Origin: Vitrella brassicaformis CCMP3155
Taxonomy: Eukaryota; Protista; Chromerida
Length of the DNA stretch: 63,967 nt
Assembly: GCA_001179505.1 (NCBI GenBank)
Contig: CDMY01000313.1
Coordinates: 1 to 63,967, forward strand
Direction: 5' to 3'
Part shown: positions 1 to 10,481 of the stretch, piece by piece
Layout: every line of letters begins with the position of its first letter
How positions within the stretch are numbered: the first letter of the stretch is position 1
Notes under the pieces: generated by a model
Told to the model about the DNA's origin: nothing
Database searches by the model: none
The model's input: the letters and a program-made list of their open reading frames with translations, nothing else
Made by a program: the position numbers and the translations under genes

Positions 1-1376
1 ATGTTTGTCATGGTGTTGTCTGTGTTCTCTTCTGCATGTTCGTCTGGGTCCTCTGTCGTTGTCTGTTCGCCCGTCAATGTTTCTTGGAACGTCTGTCTCA
101 CATGCACGCCGATTGGCCATGAAACACACCGTCTCGCACCTTGGGCTGTGACCGACCGACCGCCCGTACGAAACCTAAGCCATCCAAGCAGTTTACTGCT
201 GTAAGCAGACTCACAGCTGACAGAAAACAGTAATACCGTAACGATCACAGGCAATACCTTAGTAATCATCCTCTCACCTGACGCTGCTCTGGCTACTCAA
301 GAGGCTGGCTGTCCTGTCACCTCCAACGCTCTCTGGCTATTGATCTGATGACGAGGTTGCTTTGTATCGCCATGCTGTGTGTTTCTCACCCGAGTTCTGT
401 TCGCCGTTGTACGTGAGGGGCCTTCATGAGACCTCCGACGCTGCTCCTCCTTCACGCTGGGACTGATTTTGAAGGGGGGCTGGGGGCTGCATGCGCTTTT
501 CTGGCGTCTTTTCCGTTTTTGTGTTTCCGTTTTTTTCGGTCGATTTTCGGTCGATTTTTGCTCGGTCGATTGGCAACCCCGGAAGAACCGATCGGCCGAA
601 CACACGCAAAAAAAAGTCGCGTACAGCACTCCCCCAGCTGGTGCTTTTGGGGGGGTCGTGAAAACGTATTGCCATGGTTTACGAATGGCCGAAGTGGCCA
701 AGTAAGGAGCGTGTCCCCTTTGTGCCATAGATGGCTTTGCATGGCTGACCGATACGACACACATGCAGTGCAGCAGACACACAGGGAGAGGCAGCATAGC
801 ATCGATCAGGTCAGGCGGCCAGTCAGTCACCCGGCCAGCCACCCACAACACGGACAATGCAATGCAGCACCGCCAACCGACAGGAACCATCACCACATCA
901 AAAGTGATCAGAAAAAACACAGGGAGGAATCTGAGGAAAGCCGACGTGCATGTCACCCATTCGGCGGTGCATAAATGCCCATTCTGGTCACAGAGACCAG
1001 TGATTGAGTGAGTGTGGGACGAACGTCACAATGGCCACTCATTCAAACAATGGCCAATCACAGGGGCGGCAAAAAACCAGCAACGTGAGAGTCCGTCTTT
1101 TTCATGAAACACCGAGAAAAGGACACACACACGCACACCAGCCAGGGCACAGCCATTCTGGCGGGCGCATCAGAGAAAAAAAAGCCGAATGCCATGTGTG
1201 CAGTGGTCGGCATATCTCCCTAAGTAAGACCCATTCCCCCATCTCCCTCAGACATATAGAATGCCATAAGTCTTAGATCCGTCAGACGGCCCCACCTCTC
1301 CCTGGCTCTCTCCCTCCCTCAATCCTTCCCTCTATGCGTCTGCCATTCACTGGCCGGCAGCCTTTCCCTTGTGTTG

Positions 1377-4300
1377 TTATCTGCAATGCTTCGCCTCCAT
1401 CGCTCGGCGATGTCCAATAGCAGCCTGCTTGGCATCCTCATAGCCCAGCTCAGCGATTGAGAACGGCTTCTTCTTCTCTTTGCCGCCCTCCTGCCAGCCG
1501 GCCGTCCATGCGTTCGCCCTTTTCTCATAGTAGACGCCCTTGACCCCGCTCTGGTGCTTTGATAGCTTCCTCACCGGCAACCGTCCGGTGCGCTCCAGTT
1601 CACAACGATGCTCCTCCGCCAACGCCTGATAGATGGAAGCACACATATGAGACACTCAGAGGGAGAGGGCAAGAGGGGACGTTGTGCGCACCTTGGCTCT
1701 GTCGAAGCCATGCTCTTTGACGTAGAAGTCCATGTCCTTTCGCTTCGAGTCGCCCTTCTCGTACCACGATGCCCTCCAGGCCTGCCTCGCGTTGTACCAA
1801 CTAACTCCCACCACGTCAGACTGATGGTCTGCAGTTGGTACCACACATCAGCAATCGGGTTGCGTTGGATTTGCCTCTTGGTCTCCTCACCGGATTTGGT
1901 GACGACGGTCTTCCCCTTTGTGCTGGTCTTCTTGTCGGTGTCGGCGGCCCACTGGGGATTGGACGCATAAGTGGACGACCAGACATCACCGGCAGGCGCC
2001 GACGCACCATCCCTCTTGGCTGCCTTGGGCCTCCGTGGTGGCTGGGGAGATAATGAGCGGCTGCCGTCATCAGAGAGGCGGGCCGCCCGAGCCACGCTGC
2101 TCCTCTGGCGGGCACGTCGGCCCAGTGTCGCGTCGCCCTCTCGACTCATACGGGGGCGGGTCGGGAGGTGAGGAGCGGCGGGCGGGGCAGGGCGGGGACA
2201 GAGAGGGGAGTCCAACGGTGGGTCCAGCCTGGGCCCCTTGCTGCGGTTGTTGCCCCCGTGCTGCGGTTGTTGCCCCCGTGCAGATGAGTGCTGCGGTTGG
2301 GAAGCACACCAGGGACGCCGTCTTGCCCCTGCCCCTGCTGTGCTCGCTGCAGCCACGACAGATCGATGAGCATTGCCCGATCGCCCACACGCGACCGGTG
2401 GAGCGCATTGCGGTACTCGACAGCCTCACGGAAGGCCGTGAAGATGGCCGCGCGGCAGGCGCCGTAGCCGACAGGGAACTGACGCAGATCGACGGCCGTC
2501 GATGCGTCGCTGTCCCAAAAGTAAGCCTCATAACTGTAGTTGCTCCGCCACGAGATCCCGATACTGACACAGATATGACACACAGAGATGCACACGTGAC
2601 GTGAGAGCGTCATGCACTTGGTCCTGCTCACCCTCCTCTGTCTGATGCATGGAATTCGCCCGGCTGCTGGTCCCTCATCCACCGCACTAGCGCGCGAGCC
2701 AGCGCATCGCCCGTCAGTTCTGCCGCCACCTGACGGCCGGCTGGGCCGCACAGCTTGGGAGGGGGGCTGCGGTCAGCCGAGGCCACACGGCCGTTATGGC
2801 CTCTATGCCCATCGACAGAGCTGCTTGGCATGTGGCGCTCCTCTGGGTCGGTGCACCCTGACTGAATGACACACACCCAGACAGCCAGAAGAGGGCGTGT
2901 GGGAGGGCCTGCTGACCCAATCTGGCGTCTCAGTGCTGTCTGGCTCACCATTATTGCGGTGCGCTGCTGTCGATGCCTTGGCGTGGGGGAGGGGAAGTAG
3001 CCCGCTCCTCTCCTCTCTGGGATGCCGCGCCGCCCTCATGGCCTGGGCAGTCACTTGCCCATCAGACGGCACATCCACACCTGTCATCACACACACACAC
3101 ACACACCCCAATGGATGGCAGCCACTGAACGAACGAGTGAGACGCACCTGTTGGCATCCACGGAATCGCTCTCGTCTGGTGGCCGGCCACCGTCACTGTG
3201 ACGATCTCATACCGACCGCCACTCCCAGGATCGCTCGCACGCACACCCTCCAGCAAAACGGTCAGCGCGGCCATGTCAGACGTCGCGTCAAGCAGGTCGA
3301 TGTCACTGTCCGACTCGCCGACCGGCCGCCCATTGCTGTCCGTCGGTTGCGTCTCATCGGCGGGGCCGCTGTGATCCATCGCGCCCTTGCGTCGCCGCTT
3401 GCTGGTGCGGATCGGTGGACGACTGTCATCATCCAGCTCGAATGACGGGGGAGGGGGGGAGGCGGCCGGCCGATAGTCATAATGTCGTTTCTCCATCTTC
3501 CGTCTGTGACAGATGGCGGCCCGCTTGGCCCCCTCATAGCCCAACTTCCTCGCAGAAAAGTTCTTCTCTCTCTGTCTGCCGTCCTCCTGCCATGAAGCCA
3601 TCCATGAGTTGCTGGCCTTCTGATAGTAGACGCCCTTGACGCCGCTCTGGTGCTCCGATCGTGTCTTGACCGACGCCCGTCCGGTGCGCTCCATCTCACG
3701 ACGATGCTCCTCGGCCAACGCCTGACAGACGGAGGCACACACGTGAGACACTCAGAGAGAGACAGACGGGACGATTGGAGGCGTTATGCGCACCTTGGCT
3801 GTGTCGAAGCCATGGTCACTGACGTAGAAGTACTTGTGCGTCTCCTTCGTGTCGCCCTTCTCAACCCACGATGCCCTCCAGGCCTGCTTCACCTGTTGCC
3901 AACGAACACCCGCCACATCCGACTGATGCTCTGCAGTTGGCGGGACACACAAAGGTCAGTGACTGCGTTTGAATTCGCTTCTTGGGTTCCTCACCGGATT
4001 TGGTGATGACGGTCTTCCCCTTTGTGCTGGTCTTCTTGTCGGTGTCTGCAGCCCACTGGGGGTTAGACATACAGATGGACGACCAGACATCACCGGCAGG
4101 TGCCGACGCACCATCCCTCCTGGCTGCCTTGGGCCTCCAGCGTCGTGAGTGTGGAGATGACGACCGAGAGTCGACGGCCGCCACACTCGACTGGGGCTCG
4201 CGCCTGTGGGGAATCGGAGCCTTTCCGGCATCGGACGTTGCTGCTCCTGCAGATGGTGAATCCACACACAACAACCGGTTATTATCTTATACGCGGGTGG

Positions 4301-4469
4301 ACAGTGCGTCCGTACCTGATGCGTGTGGTCTCCGGCCTTCCGTCATGGCTTCCTTATGCATGGTCAGCTGCCCGGCGTCCAGATACGCCACCTCAGCCGA
4401 TGTGACCGTTTCGTTGGCTGCCTGGCCTCCGTCCGCTGCCGATGGTTGCTCAACGGTTGCCTGCTGCAT
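1377..4469 (-). CDS. ApiAP2-family transcription factor with five AP2 domains (one divergent); multi-exon; frame break near 2240-2280
   Basis: Hand-spliced with phase-consistent GT-AG introns from ATG 4469 (MQQATVEQ). AP2 motifs: HQSDVAGVRWQQVKQAWRASW...HGFDTAK|ALAEEHRR; HQSGVKGVYYQKASNSWMASW...LGYEGAKRAAICHRR; divergent GISWRSNYSYEAYFW...GYGACRAAIFTAFREAVEYRN; then a second pair ending LGYEDAKQAAIGHRRAMEAKHCR* at 1377. Could be two tandem genes instead of one. Confidence 0.85.
2239..2299. repeat. 20-bp tandem duplication (tgctgcggttgttgcccccg x2, plus a partial third copy) inside the AP2 coding region
   Basis: Exact copies at 2239-2258 and 2259-2278; partial copy at 2289-2299. Confidence 0.9.
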
Positions 4470-4807
4470 GGCCGTTCGCCCTGATAATGACTAAAGTGGC
4501 TGGCGCGTCGCTTCACAGGCTGGATGAGGGCTCCGCGCTCCTCCGAGCATCAGCTGCCGAGTGACTCGCACGCTGATCCGAGCTCAGCAATGCTGCAAGA
4601 TCAGCTCGTCGAGTTTGACGGTCTCGGTGAATCACAAGGGCGCCTGAACGTCGCAATCACAAGATCAGATCAGCTTGTTGGCAGAATTGATCGTTGGCTT
4701 CAAGCTCGCATATGGCACCTGCTGCTGAAGATTCATTGCGGAGTCGTTTTCGCACTTGGGAGGCATTGTGGTCACCATGCCCCGTTGATTCATCCCGCGA
4801 GCTGGCC

Positions 4808-7636
4808 ATGTCGGCAGCAACAGGCGGTTCGAAGAAGCGGAAGGCGAATGACGGTGATGCTGTTGACGCGGCAGGCCAGCCAGCTGATGACCACCACCCT
4901 CCCACACCTCAGATCGGCCGTCAGTCACTCGACAAGGCCATCGCCGCAGCCAGCGCCGCCCTCCTCGCCATCGAGAACCACGGGAACTCACTCTTTTGGA
5001 ATCACGAAATCACAGCATAGAAATCAGACCTTCTTGTCGTCACAGCGCACTTACTATTGAGAGTGAGAGGACGTCGTTTGGCACACGTAAAGAGTGGCCT
5101 TTGGCCGTGCTTTTGCGCCCCCGTTTGCTTCTCTGGAGTCACTGGTTGTCGAGATATGAATCAGTCCATGAACCTAAATCATGGAATCAACCGAAGAACG
5201 AAATCACCCCTCCTGTACGGGCCTAACGATTTCGATTTCTGATTCTGATTCAATGATTTCCCCTTGGGGTTTAGGGTTAGGGTTTAGGGTCTTATTCCGT
5301 GAAACCGCTCTCTCAAACCCTAGAGGTCAAATCAGAACCAAAATCACTTCGCCAGTGGGGGGTAACGATTTCGATTTCTGATTCCGTGATTCCAGGTGCC
5401 GGACAATAGAAATCAGCGCTGATTTCTATATGATCACTGTGTGATTTCGGATGCAGAATGGGTTCCCGTGGATCGAGAACGCCGCCAGGAGTGCCCGCCA
5501 GCAGCTGCAGACCAAAGCCGAGGCCATCAAACAGCTGATTGAGAACACGGGCGGCAAGTTGGAGCTGACGGGCGGCATCGATGGGGAGCCGGAGGTCAAT
5601 GTGGGCGGGCGGGTGTTGTGTGTGTCGCGCGAGGGGCTGATGATGGATCAGCTCCGCCGCACCTACTTCGCCCATCTGCTGCTGTACTGTGTGGACGCCC
5701 TGCCCCGCGATGAGGAGGGCCGGCCGTTCCTCGACGCAGATCCAAACTATGTCAAGTGGTAGGTCCAAGAAGAATGCGGGTTTGTCTGGTTTGTGTTCAT
5801 TGCGCTTTGTTTGCTGTCCTTTGTGTTATTCAGGTTGGTCAATGAGATAGCGTTGGTTGAGGGTGCTGACGCCTCAGGCGAGGAGTACGAGATCGAGTTG
5901 GACGACACACAGAAGGAGGACCCCACCTTCGCCTTTTACCACGAGCTGTTCCTCACCCAGACCACACTCGAGATCGACGTGCGATCAGAAGACACAGACA
6001 TGGACGCCAGAGAGGCGGCGGAGGGCAACAAGGAGGGCGGCGACTGCGGGGGGGGCGACAGGAAGGGGGCAGGGGATAGCAACGGGGAGGAGACTGCCGG
6101 CAGTCGGCTGCGTGAGTACGTGGATAGCTACAACGATGCGGTGACGGTGCTGGAGAAGGCGGCAGTGCATTTGGGCGGGTTCGGCAAGGCGATGGGGCCC
6201 TTCCTCCGAGCAGAGGACGGCGGCGCACACGAGGTGAAGACCGTGACCGTCCTGCGCAAGAAGGTGTCGACCACCGAGGCGACGCTGTCGCAGCTCGGCC
6301 CCGATAGCACTCTCTACAAACGATTCAGGTGAGAATGCACCCACGGCACACACATACACTGCCGCTGTGTGGACGCATTGTGTTCTTTCCTCTCCTGTGT
6401 GTGTGTGGGGTGTGTACAGTGGTGAGATTGTGCAGGGCGACGTACCCATTCGCCAGACATCCGTTGAGCACTTCACGAAGGTGACACACACGCACACACA
6501 CACACACACACACAGGAGTGAGAGAGAGAGAGAAGGAGGGCACACTGTAAGTCCTTCTGGCGGCCATTCAGGTGGTGGATTTTGCCCGAAGACAGAAGCT
6601 CGAGAGGCGACCCGGTGCCCTGGTCAAGAAGCCCACAGCCAAGCCAAAGTATATCGCTCAGCTGAAGGTATCGCTGATCCGTCCACACATGACTTCATCA
6701 AGGCGGCCATGAGCACTCAACCTGTGTGTGTGTGTGTGTGTGTGTGGAGAAGGATGTTGAAATGTATGGCCTCACGATGGAGGACGTGCAGCGGCCCCTC
6801 TCACCCATGCTCGACATCGAGGAGACGCGTGAGGTGCTGGCCATGATGGAGATACCCAACCCCTCAATCAAACTCCTCTACAGGTAAGCAGAGACAGCAA
6901 TCTGATCTCTTTGCGACACCATCAACTTATTACCCTTTTCTACTTTGCTCTCTGTCAGTTCGACGCGTGACGGTGGTGACTTCGTCACGATGGTGGACAA
7001 GGTGGGCGACGCGAGCAGTCTGCTGTTCCTCGTCAACCACGACGACACATACCGATTCGGCGCCTTCCTTGAGGGCCAACTCAAGCCGCCCACCGACCCC
7101 AAACAGACTAATGGTTACAGGTTGCCGCACTTCCTCATCTCGATCTCCGGTGCGTACGCGACACCCACGAAGGTGCTCATTCCCATGACCAGGCAGTTTG
7201 TGCACGTCGCCGGCCGCGACGCATCCATCAAGGGCATTAGGGACTCACGTGGCAAGGTGGGTGGAGGGTATACACAATTAGTGTCACTGCAGTGAATGGC
7301 ACTGGACCAACTGACTGGTTGTCACATGTCTTGTGTGCAGTTGTCTTTTGGCTGTGGGTATCTGCGGTTTGGGTGGGCCATCCCCGGCCCCTCGGATGAC
7401 GTGCGCAGCATGCATCATGGCGTCAAGAAGGACGACCTTCCCGATGGCTACATCGGCCAACGCAACGACAACGGCGACGGCATACTGGCTGGGGGCTGGG
7501 ACTTCACCGCAAAGGAGATCGCCATCTACCAGGTGAGGTACCGAGGGGAAGGCAGAGACACGACGAACGTAGATGAAGATGCACTGATGACTGACTAAAT
7601 GAATGCGTGTGTGCTCTGTAGGTCAAGTCGGCATGA
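4808..7636 (+). CDS. BTB/POZ-like + TLDc domain protein (paralogue 1); exon 1 interrupted by a transposon, possibly a pseudogene
   Basis: ATG 4808 MSAATGGSKKRK; BTB-like EVNVGGRVLCVSREGL...LPRDEEGRPFLDADPNY; TLDc LLYR|SSTRDGGDF...LFLVNHDDTYRFGAF...ISISG...FTAKEIAIYQ|VKSA* (stop 7634-7636). Introns phase-consistent. Confidence 0.85.
4978..5471. mobile_element. 494-bp non-autonomous TIR DNA transposon (MITE-like) with 8-bp target-site duplication
   Basis: TSD atcgagaa at 4970-4977 and 5472-5479. TIR ccacgggaactcactc versus reverse complement of the right end ccacgggaacccattc (14/16). Removing the element and one TSD restores the frame ...LLAIEN|AARSARQQ. No transposase ORF. Confidence 0.9.
5267..5289 (+). 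repeat. Short interstitial telomeric-type repeat (TTTAGGG-TTAGGG-TTTAGGG) inside the MITE
   Basis: gggtttagggttagggtttaggg, with an inverted copy aaacccta at 5315-5322. Confidence 0.8.
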
Positions 7637-8070
7637 GTGAAGGGACAGCCACTGTGGCAGCAGCACCGGAAGACATAGCTTTGCACAGAAATGACAGACC
7701 GATTTCCGTGTGGGCGTGGATGGATGGATGGACCTTCATGGCTGTATGTCTCAATTTTGATTCACGACCCTGCAGTCCGTTGACACACACACCAGGCAAC
7801 CTGGTGAGTCTGTGGATAGCGTCAGTGACCGTCTCAACAACATGCACACGCCACGCCTCCGCCCCGCCACCCTGTCAGACCCTCTCCATCCATCCATCCA
7901 TCCATGTCTGTCCGTCCGTCCGTCCGTCTGTCTGTCTGTCAGTCTGTCCCCACACGCCAGCATCACCACGCCCTCACATCTGGATCCCAGACCGAACAGC
8001 AGTTGATGGCGAACTCTTCTGCAGGCACATAGGATGACCCCCAGCTGCCTGAATGCCGCCCACGATGAGC

Positions 8071-10140
8071 TCAGGCCGCCTCGACCCAGCGCGACGGCCC
8101 ATGCTTGGCTGCTGGTGGACCACTGCCGTGACGCCACGTCATGCCCGCCACGCCCTGCACTGCAGCAGCGGACCGCACTCCTGAGGATGTCCGCCCATGT
8201 TCATGGCTCGACGACTTGGGAGGCCTCCGCTGTGGTCGGCTTGTGCGGCATGTGGGGGGACAGGACTGACAGGCTGACGTCGCGTCACAGAAAGTAGATG
8301 GAAGGGGGCGGCCGGGGGCGTCAATGGTGTGGGGGTGCCTGGAGAGGGAGGGAGAGGGACAAATGCAACACACACACAGGTGGGATGGATGCATCCGCGT
8401 GTGTCGGTGTGCTATGCTGACCTGAAGGTGCGTTGCAGCAGGATGGCGCATTGGCCACCTACATTCACACCGCGGTGAAGAACTGGGCGCCGACCTTTCC
8501 TGAACACGCAACACATGGCAGCCACAATACATGAGAGGGAAGGCACGGTGTTATTCTGAGTCGTCCATTTCTCGCCCACCCGTACCAGAGTGCACTATTC
8601 GCGAGCCACATGTTGCCCATCTTGGCATGCCCCTCGTCGCTTCCACCCAAGATCATGCCGATGTGTGGGAGTCGACAGCGCCCGGACCACATTAATCGTC
8701 TGGCATGGCGATCCTCTCCCACGCTGCCACGGTCCTGTCCACCCTCAGCCGCCACACGTCGCCTACCACCCGCCCGCCGCTTCCAACTCCTCCACTCAGG
8801 AAATCCTCGTTCTGGCCGCTGCTGTAGCTGCCGACCTGACACATGGCGTGTCTGTAACCAGAGGGGGGGTGGTGGAAGTCTGCCTTTCTTCTCTGCCGAC
8901 CTGCATTGTTTTCAGCTGCCGTGGCGCTTCTCGAATACGACTTTCTTGGCGTCATACATCAGCAGACCCCTCGACCTTGCCAACTGCCTTGGACCAAACA
9001 CACACGGCCTTGAGGGGTCGGCGAGGGCGACAGCCACACGATACAGCTGCAAATGGGAGGCATCATCCAGCCCCTGCGTGAGGATAGCAAGCAGTGTCTG
9101 CAGATGGAGGTGTGTCGTCTCTCTCTCTCTCTCTCTCTCTTTGTGCCTTCACTCACCTGTTGGCCGATGTCCGTCCATGTCAACAGTGGCAGATCCATCC
9201 CCTCGTTCCTCTTCCCATCATCATGCGGCCGCCTCTCTCCAGCCTCACCGACGAGCAGCTTCTCCCCCACAACTCGCCGAAAAGTCGCCAGGAAGCGGTC
9301 GATCTGAACCGTGTTCTGCTCCACCGTCCTTGGCAATGCCCACAAGCTGAGGCAAGGACTCGGTCGTCAAACAAACGGGACGGCGCGTGTAGCCGCAGAG
9401 CGCCGCGGACGGCGATGACCTTGCGCTTTGCAAAAGAGTTGGCGCCCGACTGCTTGAGGCCGCAATGGTGAGCCATAGAGAGAGATGAGAGTCTGTGACA
9501 CTCGATGTGAAGGAGATGAGCTGATGGTCGTCGGCTGGTGACGCTGGTGGCTGGGACTGGAAGTCGTCCTTTGCCGCCTCGTATAAGGCACTCCCTCGGC
9601 TTCATGGCGCCCGAAAGGGAGCCGAATGACTCAGTGCCGTCGCAGCTGGTGTCATCATCGGTCACGTCGTTGGGTGAGTGGCTGACGAAGAGCAGCCGAC
9701 GAAGAGTGGCCGACGCGGGATGGGGCGGCCGGGGCCGTCGAGGGTGTGGATGCGCCTGGAGGAGTGGGGCAACAAGGGGGGCGGCATCAGGGGGGTCTTC
9801 TGGGTCTTCCCGTAAGGTGAGTGGGTGGCCGCTAGATGATGAAACAGTCGGTCGAAGAGCTGCCTGTGCACCCTGGCAAACACACGCAGACGGGGAGGGA
9901 AGGCATGATACTGACCGCTTGTGGCACTGTGATGGCGTGATGTGTGCATTCTGACCTATAGCTGAGCTGCATCTTGACGAGATGGTTGTGTACGCCCTGC
10001 AGGAAGCAAAGAGATAAGGAAGGGATAGCACATACATGCCCGTGAGTGTTTGTCTGCGTGTGGAATACCTGCAGGCGCGTTGGGGTTGATGCCAGTGACA
10101 AGCAAAGGTACTCAATTGTTCTGCCAAAATAGACGCACAT
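8071..10140 (-). pseudogene. Probable degenerate multi-exon gene of unknown function
   Basis: Several exon-like blocks bounded by splice sites (GVHNHLVKMQLSYR|VHRQLFDRLFHHL; TVEQNTVQIDRFLATFRRVVGEKLL...IGQQ|GLDDASHLQLYRVAVALADPSRP). No single frame can be assembled without stops or frameshifts, and no domain was recognised. Confidence 0.3.
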
Positions 10141-10481
10141 ACCAATCTATCAGCTGTCGTCATGTGTGTCCCCTCCTCGGCTCACCAAGCGAAACGTGTG
10201 GACTTCGCCCCTGTGTGCCATCTATGTGTGTGTGTGATGATTGCAAAAGCGAGCAAAGAAACGGAGGGGCGAACCTCCCAACAAAACAGATGACCTGCCC
10301 GTGACCTAATCACCCTTCCCGGCCCCCATCACTCAAAACCCATTCCCTCAAAGCGGGAAACCGAGAAACTGACTGGGGGGCAAGGCAGTCGATCGTCCGA
10401 AGCAGAAGCAGCCGATTCTCACTGTGCCTTCCCCTTCTCTCTCACTCACCCATTGCCCTTCAGTCAGGCTGAGCCTGCTCA

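Noticed and set aside
510-660. Repeated cggtcgattt motifs and short gctggggg/cccccagc inverted repeat as a second MITE
   Set aside because: Only 8 bp of inverted match and no TSD or defined termini found.
297-956. 219-aa minus-strand ORF and overlapping ORFs at the left end
   Set aside because: No recognisable motif, poor codon bias, and it runs through T/A-rich low-complexity sequence; no consistent splice model.
5197-5393. Direct repeats with a spacer resembling a CRISPR array
   Set aside because: Only two imperfect units, inside a eukaryotic TIR element, and no cas genes.
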